From assembly GCA_040771805.1 (NCBI GenBank), contig JAXGZJ010000001.1:1359961-1423960 (forward strand): a DNA stretch of 64,000 bases, given 5' to 3'. This document shows, one piece after another, positions 58,342-64,000 of this stretch (positions within the stretch are counted from its first letter, which is position 1; each line of letters starts with the position of its first letter). A program made the translations under genes and the position numbers. The notes beneath the pieces were generated by a model, which saw only the letters and a list, made by a program, of their open reading frames with translations, was not told where the DNA came from and did no database searches. The stretch is from Methanofastidiosum sp. Its GTDB lineage: Archaea > Methanobacteriota_B > Thermococci > Methanofastidiosales > Methanofastidiosaceae.

Positions 58342-59670
58342 ATGTATGTAATAGTCGTAGGTGGCGGCCTTACAGGATTCAATATTGCAAAACTCCTTAT
58401 AGAAGAAGGCATTGGGGTAGTTGTTATTGAAAAGGATCTTACAAGATGTCAAGAAATATCAAAGAAGATAGATGCTCTTGTAATACAGGGTAATGGCTCG
58501 AATCCTAAAGTACTCGCTGAGGCTGGCGTGAAGGATGCGGATCTTTTAGTTGCAGTTACCAATTCTTCTGAGGTTAATCTAATATCTTGTATAACGGCAA
58601 AAAATCTTGGTGCAGTAAAAACTGTTGCTAAGATTGCAATTGAGTATACATTCGCTGAAAATATTGATTTAACTAAAGTTGGAGTAGATTACTCTTTCTC
58701 TCCTGGCACCATTATAGCTTATGATGTGGAAAGAATATTAGAACTTCCAAGTGCACTTGCTATCCAAGCTTTAGCAGATGGAAAGGTAACTATGGCAGAG
58801 TTTTTAATTAAGAATGATTCTAAATATATTGGCAGAGCTCTAAAGGAAAACATATTTCCAGAAGGCTCTATAATTGGTGCTGTCATAAAAGGAGAATACA
58901 CAATAATCCCTACAGGAGAGTATGTTTTTGAAGAGGGGGATAAAGTATTCATACTTGGTAAACCAAAGCTAGTTGAAAGTATTATAGAAAAATGTAGCGA
59001 GTGTCAAAGGATAAGGAAGGTAATGATAATTGGTGCAAGTAACACTGCGGTGCAACTTGCAAAAATGCTTGAAAGAAGTATGTCTGTTAAACTGATTGAT
59101 AATGATACAAAAAGATGTGAAGAAATATCTAAAATCCTACAAAAAACGCTTGTTATCAACGGGAATATAATGGACCTTTCCTTATTGAAGGATGAAGGAA
59201 TTGGAGATGTCGATGCTTTTATCTCTTTAACTAAATACGACCAATTGAATTTATTTTCTTGCCTTATAGGAAAGTATTTAGGCGCTTCAAAAACCATTTC
59301 GAGAGTCGAAAATCTTGAACTCATTAGATTTTTTGAAGATATGGGAATAGACATTGCTCTAAGTCCAAAAATTTCAGCTGCAGAACATGTTATGCGTTTT
59401 ATTAGAATGGGTGGACTTAAATCACTTATAATACTTCCAACAGGGCAAGCAGAAATTATAGAACTATTACCCACTAAAAATGCAAAGATACTTGGAAAGA
59501 CTTTAAGGGACATCACTTTACCGGAAGAAATTCTGTTTTTAATTATTGTAAGAGATAACAAGCTTATTATTCCAAGAGGGGACGATATAGTTCAAATTGG
59601 TGATAAAGTTATTATATCTGCAAAGGTAGAAAAAATTAAAAAAATAAGAGAATTATTCGGCCAATATTAA
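58342..59670 (+). CDS. trkA: Trk potassium uptake NAD-binding subunit
   Basis: Two RCK N/C repeats starting VVGGGLTG and IIGAS. Confidence 0.93.
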   Translation: MYVIVVGGGLTGFNIAKLLIEEGIGVVVIEKDLTRCQEISKKIDALVIQGNGSNPKVLAEAGVKDADLLVAVTNSSEVNLISCITAKNLGAVKTVAKIAIEYTFAENIDLTKVGVDYSFSPGTIIAYDVERILELPSALAIQALADGKVTMAEFLIKNDSKYIGRALKENIFPEGSIIGAVIKGEYTIIPTGEYVFEEGDKVFILGKPKLVESIIEKCSECQRIRKVMIIGASNTAVQLAKMLERSMSVKLIDNDTKRCEEISKILQKTLVINGNIMDLSLLKDEGIGDVDAFISLTKYDQLNLFSCLIGKYLGASKTISRVENLELIRFFEDMGIDIALSPKISAAEHVMRFIRMGGLKSLIILPTGQAEIIELLPTKNAKILGKTLRDITLPEEILFLIIVRDNKLIIPRGDDIVQIGDKVIISAKVEKIKKIRELFGQY

Positions 59671-59675
59671 TTATT

Positions 59676-60062
59676 TTATTTTTTATTTTTATATGCAACG
59701 CAGGATATTTCGATATCCGAATTTTTAGGTAATTTTGATACTTCTACTGTGACTCTAGATGGTTTTATTTCACAAGAAAAAAATCTCGCATAGGTTTTAT
59801 TAAATTTATCAAAGTTATCCAAATTTTTAAGATATACCTCTGATTTTATAACGTCTTGAAGTGAAAGATTTTCTTCTTTTAAAATCGATTCAATATTCTC
59901 TAAAACTACCTCTGTAGCTTTTTCAATATCATTTAGGACAATCTCCCCAGATTTTAAAATTGGAAGTTGTCCTGAAATAAATACAAGATCTCCCGCAACT
60001 ATGCCTTGGGAATAAGGCCCAACAGGAGCGGGTGCATTTTTAGATTCTAATTTCTTGATCAT
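59676..60062 (-). CDS. RidA/YjgF family deaminase
   Basis: APAPVGPYSQG, FISGQLP, PSR...V.KLP...IEI. Confidence 0.92.
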   Translation of the reverse strand: MIKKLESKNAPAPVGPYSQGIVAGDLVFISGQLPILKSGEIVLNDIEKATEVVLENIESILKEENLSLQDVIKSEVYLKNLDNFDKFNKTYARFFSCEIKPSRVTVEVSKLPKNSDIEISCVAYKNKK

Positions 60063-60301
60063 ATTTACCCCTAACCTAAGTAATTCAATAATAGATAAAT
60101 ATACTTATTAAACTATTCGTATAGGGTTAATTTAAAGTTTTATAAAAAATCACCTGAAAAGGAGAAGAATTAAAAAGTGAATAGACATGCCAAAATTTTA
60201 GATATTTCTAATTATAAAAAAAATAGAGGCATTATTACCCATATAAATTCAATTTTTTTAAATAATTTTATAAATAAAACAACAGTAACTAATTAGATTA
60301 A

Positions 60302-61735
60302 ATGAGGCTAAATCCAGTTTTACATATACTTGGACAATTACTACAAGTAGTAAGCATCTCAATGATACTCCCATTGCTATGCGGGATCTACTATCATGAA
60401 AATGAATCATACATATTCTTACTCTGCATTTTAATAACTTTAATTGCAGGAACTTCATTGAAGTTATTATTCAAAGAAGAAAATATACGCCTCATTGAAG
60501 GTTTTAGTGTCGTTTCTTTTTGTTGGATAATAATACCAATTTTTGGATCACTACCACTTTACCTCTCGGGCAATATTAGTTTTATTGATGCCTACTTTGA
60601 AACTATATCAGGATTTACAACTACAGGGGCTTCTGTTATTAGTAATGTTGAAATATTGCCAAAATGTATTTTATTTTGGAGATCCTTTACAATATGGTTG
60701 GGTGGTATTGGAATAGTTGTTCTTGCACTGGTAATATTGCCCGCACTTTCAGTTGGAGGCAGACAAATTTTTCTACCAGAGCAATCCGGACCAAAATTGG
60801 ATAAATTGAAACCTCAGGTTAGAGAGGTTGGGAAAATTATCTATGGAGTATATATTTTTTTTACCTGTGCCCAGATTTTTCTATTAGTTTTGTCAGGTAT
60901 GAATCTATTTGATGCATCATGCCACTCTTTTGGTGCTCTTGGAACAGGGGGATTTTCAACTAAGAATACTAGTATTGGATTTTATAATAGTTTAAAAATA
61001 GAAAGTGTAATAATTTTATTCATGTTTTTAGGTGCAACAAGTTTCTCTTTGCATTATACGGCATTGAGGGGAAAAATAACTTATTTAAAAGATAGTGAAT
61101 TTGTGTTATACCTATCTATTTTGGCCTTTTCCATACTACTTGTAACATTAGACATTAGCTATCAATTACATGAAAATCTTTCAGTTGCATTTAGGCATGC
61201 TATTTTCAATGTAGTGAGCATATCAAGTACTACAGGATATGCAACGACAGATTTTAATTTATGGCCAGACTTTTCAAAGCTGATTCTTATCATTCTTATG
61301 TTAATTGGGGGGTGTGCAGGAGGAACTGCAGGAGCTATTAAAGTTGTAAGAATACTATTATTGGTAAAAGTGAGCTTAAGAGAACTCTATAAAATTATAC
61401 ATCCAAATGCAATATTTCAGATTAAATTAAATGGAAAAATTATCCCCGAAGATATCCTTCAGGGAGTAGGCGGATTTTATTTTTTGTATATGATAACTTT
61501 TGGGTTGTGCAGCCTAATTATGCTTGCATTTGGAAATGATCTTCTCACATCTATATCTTCAGTTGCTACTACTTTGGGAGGGGTAGGTCCAGGGCTAAGC
61601 TTAGTTGGGCCTATGGCCACGTATGGTTTCTTACCGTCAATACCAAAACTTGTATTGTGTTTTTGTATGCTAGCCGGCAGATTAGAATTAATTACTCTGT
61701 TTGCATTATTTATTCCAAGTTATTGGAAAGAATAA
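60302..61735 (+). CDS. trkH: TrkH potassium uptake membrane protein, copy 1
   Basis: FETISGFTTTGAS, TGGFST, STTGY, GGCAGGTAG, GRLE. Confidence 0.93.
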   Translation: MRLNPVLHILGQLLQVVSISMILPLLCGIYYHENESYIFLLCILITLIAGTSLKLLFKEENIRLIEGFSVVSFCWIIIPIFGSLPLYLSGNISFIDAYFETISGFTTTGASVISNVEILPKCILFWRSFTIWLGGIGIVVLALVILPALSVGGRQIFLPEQSGPKLDKLKPQVREVGKIIYGVYIFFTCAQIFLLVLSGMNLFDASCHSFGALGTGGFSTKNTSIGFYNSLKIESVIILFMFLGATSFSLHYTALRGKITYLKDSEFVLYLSILAFSILLVTLDISYQLHENLSVAFRHAIFNVVSISSTTGYATTDFNLWPDFSKLILIILMLIGGCAGGTAGAIKVVRILLLVKVSLRELYKIIHPNAIFQIKLNGKIIPEDILQGVGGFYFLYMITFGLCSLIMLAFGNDLLTSISSVATTLGGVGPGLSLVGPMATYGFLPSIPKLVLCFCMLAGRLELITLFALFIPSYWKE

Positions 61736-61793
61736 GTTTAATAAATTATTGGATTAAAAAAAACTAAGTCTTTAACTTCATTGGGGTCCATCT

Positions 61794-63230
61794 ATGCGAA
61801 GTAAAATTGTATTAAATATTATTGGAAATCTCCTTATGATGATAGGTATTTCAATGATATTTCCCCTAATATGGGCATTTTACTATAGAGAAAAAGAGAT
61901 AATTGTGTTTATTATTTCTATCATTGCTACTTTTTTATCAGGATTTGTATTAAGTGAAATAAAAAGTCAGGACGAAGGATTAAGACTTATAGAAGGTTTA
62001 GGTGTTGTATCCCTGGGGTGGGCAGCATTTTCAGCGTTTGGTGCACTTCCATTTTTTCTCTCTGGAACTTTAGGATATCTTGATGCCTATTTTGAAACTA
62101 TGTCCGGATTCACTACAACAGGCGCTACAGTCATCCAAAATATTGATATTTTACCTAAATCAATAATTTTTTGGAGAGCAATGACCCAATGGATTGGGGG
62201 AATGGGAATTATAGTACTTGCAGTTGCAATCCTTCCTGCCCTTTCAATAGGAGGTATGCAATTATTTAATGCAGAATCCCCGGGCCCCAAAATAGATAAA
62301 TTAAAGCCACAAGTAAGAGATACTGCAAAGATCCTTTATGGAGTATATCTTATTTTTACCGCTGTAGAGATAATTCTTTTAATAATTGGAGGAATGGGAT
62401 TTTTTGACGCTTCATGCTATACTTTCTCCACACTTGCGACCGGAGGATTTTCAACTAAGAATTTAAGTGTCGCGTATTATAATAATCCATTTATTGAAGG
62501 TGTTATAATTTTATTCATGTATGTATCTGGGGCAAATTTTATGTTACACTATGCAGCATTAAAAGGGAAAATAGAATATTTTAAAAATAAAGAATTCTTA
62601 TTTTATTCAGCAATTATAACAAGTTCAATTATTATTATAGCTGCTGATTTAAGATATAGTGTTTATACTAATATAATTGATGCCATAAGGTATTCTTCTT
62701 TTCAAGTTGTCAGTATAATAACAACAACAGGATTTGTTTCAAGTAATTTTGATGCCTATCCCGCTCTTTCAAGAATGATACTACTACTTCTCATGTTCAT
62801 TGGTGGCTGCGCTTGTTCAACTGGAGGAGGTATTAAGAATATAAGAATATTAATACTCTTAAAATACTTTTATAGGGAAATATATCAATTTATACATCCA
62901 AATGCAATTTTAGCAATAAAAGTTGGAGAAGATACAATTTCTGACGACGTTATAAAGGGAATAATGGGATTTTTTATAGGATATATATCCATTTTTATTA
63001 TAGCAACGGTGCTTGTTACCTCTTATGGAATTGATTTAATAACGTCAATTTCTAGTGTGGCTACAACGTTAGGTAATGTTGGCCCAGGTATGGGATTAGT
63101 AGGTCCAATGTACACTTTTTCATTTTTACCTAATTTTGTTAAAATAGTCTTAACATTTTGCATGTGGGCCGGAAGATTAGAAATATTTTCGGTGATGATA
63201 CTTTTTATGCCTGATTTTTGGAAAGAATAA
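61794..63230 (+). CDS. trkH: TrkH potassium uptake membrane protein, copy 2
   Basis: FETMSGFTTTGAT, TGGFST, TTTGF, GNVGPG, GRLE. Confidence 0.93.
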   Translation: MRSKIVLNIIGNLLMMIGISMIFPLIWAFYYREKEIIVFIISIIATFLSGFVLSEIKSQDEGLRLIEGLGVVSLGWAAFSAFGALPFFLSGTLGYLDAYFETMSGFTTTGATVIQNIDILPKSIIFWRAMTQWIGGMGIIVLAVAILPALSIGGMQLFNAESPGPKIDKLKPQVRDTAKILYGVYLIFTAVEIILLIIGGMGFFDASCYTFSTLATGGFSTKNLSVAYYNNPFIEGVIILFMYVSGANFMLHYAALKGKIEYFKNKEFLFYSAIITSSIIIIAADLRYSVYTNIIDAIRYSSFQVVSIITTTGFVSSNFDAYPALSRMILLLLMFIGGCACSTGGGIKNIRILILLKYFYREIYQFIHPNAILAIKVGEDTISDDVIKGIMGFFIGYISIFIIATVLVTSYGIDLITSISSVATTLGNVGPGMGLVGPMYTFSFLPNFVKIVLTFCMWAGRLEIFSVMILFMPDFWKE

Positions 63231-63233
63231 AAA

Positions 63234-64000
63234 TTAAATTAATTCTCTTTCAACAAGATTTATGGCTTCATCTATTTTTTTCTTTAAAGCGATGGGCAGC
63301 CCCTTAATCTCTATATCTAAAAAGCCCCTAACTATTGCAGCAGTTGCTTCATCTCTTGTAAATCCCCTAGACATTAAATAAAAGATTTCTTCTTCAGCAA
63401 TCTTCCCAATTGCTGCTTCATGGCTTAAATCAACATTTGGATGTTTTGCTTCTAATTCAGGAATTGCAATTATACTGCCTTGTTCAGATAACATCATCCC
63501 CATGCACTCTAAATGTCCTTTTGCATCTGGGGAATCTCCAACTATATCCCCTCTAGAATAAATAGTTCCTCCTTTGCTGATAGCCCTAGAAAGGATTTCT
63601 GCACTAGATCCTTTTCCTTTAATTATAACACGGCTTCCTGTGTCAACTATTGAATTATCCATGGCCACAATAATGCTGCTCATTATGGCAGTTGAGTTAT
63701 CTCCATTTAAGTGAACTGTTGGATATGATTGGACTATTTTAACAGGATTCATGATAATATAGTTACTTATGTAGATTCCACCATCTTCAACAATTGCCGC
63801 GCTTCTTGGCCTTACCTCAATATTAGTTTCCCAATTGTGGATCATAGTGAATGACAATTTAGCATTCTTTTTTACATAAAACTCTGAAATACCTAAATGC
63901 ATACCTGTTGTAAGACCAGGATGAGATGCACATCCAGATATTATATTTAATTCAGAATTTTCTTCGGCGATAATAATATTATGAACTTTCTGTTTTTTAG
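63234..64000 (-). CDS. SufB/SufD family Fe-S assembly protein (5' end outside window)
   Basis: HLGISEFY, GHLEC.G, PELEA, LSHEAAIGKI, YLMSRG. Confidence 0.9.
   Translation of the reverse strand, partial: KKQKVHNIIIAEENSELNIISGCASHPGLTTGMHLGISEFYVKKNAKLSFTMIHNWETNIEVRPRSAAIVEDGGIYISNYIIMNPVKIVQSYPTVHLNGDNSTAIMSSIIVAMDNSIVDTGSRVIIKGKGSSAEILSRAISKGGTIYSRGDIVGDSPDAKGHLECMGMMLSEQGSIIAIPELEAKHPNVDLSHEAAIGKIAEEEIFYLMSRGFTRDEATAAIVRGFLDIEIKGLPIALKKKIDEAINLVERELI

Overview
Low-GC archaeal chromosome segment. It carries euryarchaeal informational genes (nac, xerA, hef, orc1/cdc6, pan, mbf1, archease, the rpl18e-rpl13-rps9-rpoN-tRNA-Pro-rps2 cluster) and methanogenesis markers 2 and MtxX/Mmp4; a Ca. Methanofastidiosa-like host is a guess, not established. 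Most of 1-12 kb and 28-64 kb is housekeeping. The main accessory feature is a ~10.2 kb element integrated at tRNA-Leu(TAG) and bounded by a perfect 56-bp direct repeat (17830-17885 / 28048-28103). It encodes a 663-aa protein with Rep_trans/gpII-like rolling-circle initiator motifs, two paralogous tyrosine recombinases with intact catalytic residues, a ~180-bp imperfect hairpin that would lie upstream of rep after excision, and AT-rich cargo (PD-(D/E)XK nuclease, membrane TPR protein, a decayed Zn-ribbon/DUF1232/HNH gene). Not shown by the ORF track: a C/D-box guide RNA overlapping the pan stop codon and predicted to target 16S C1402, two small ORFs that look paralogous, and a frameshifted six-repeat propeller gene. 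All calls come from reading the sequence; no database searches were run.
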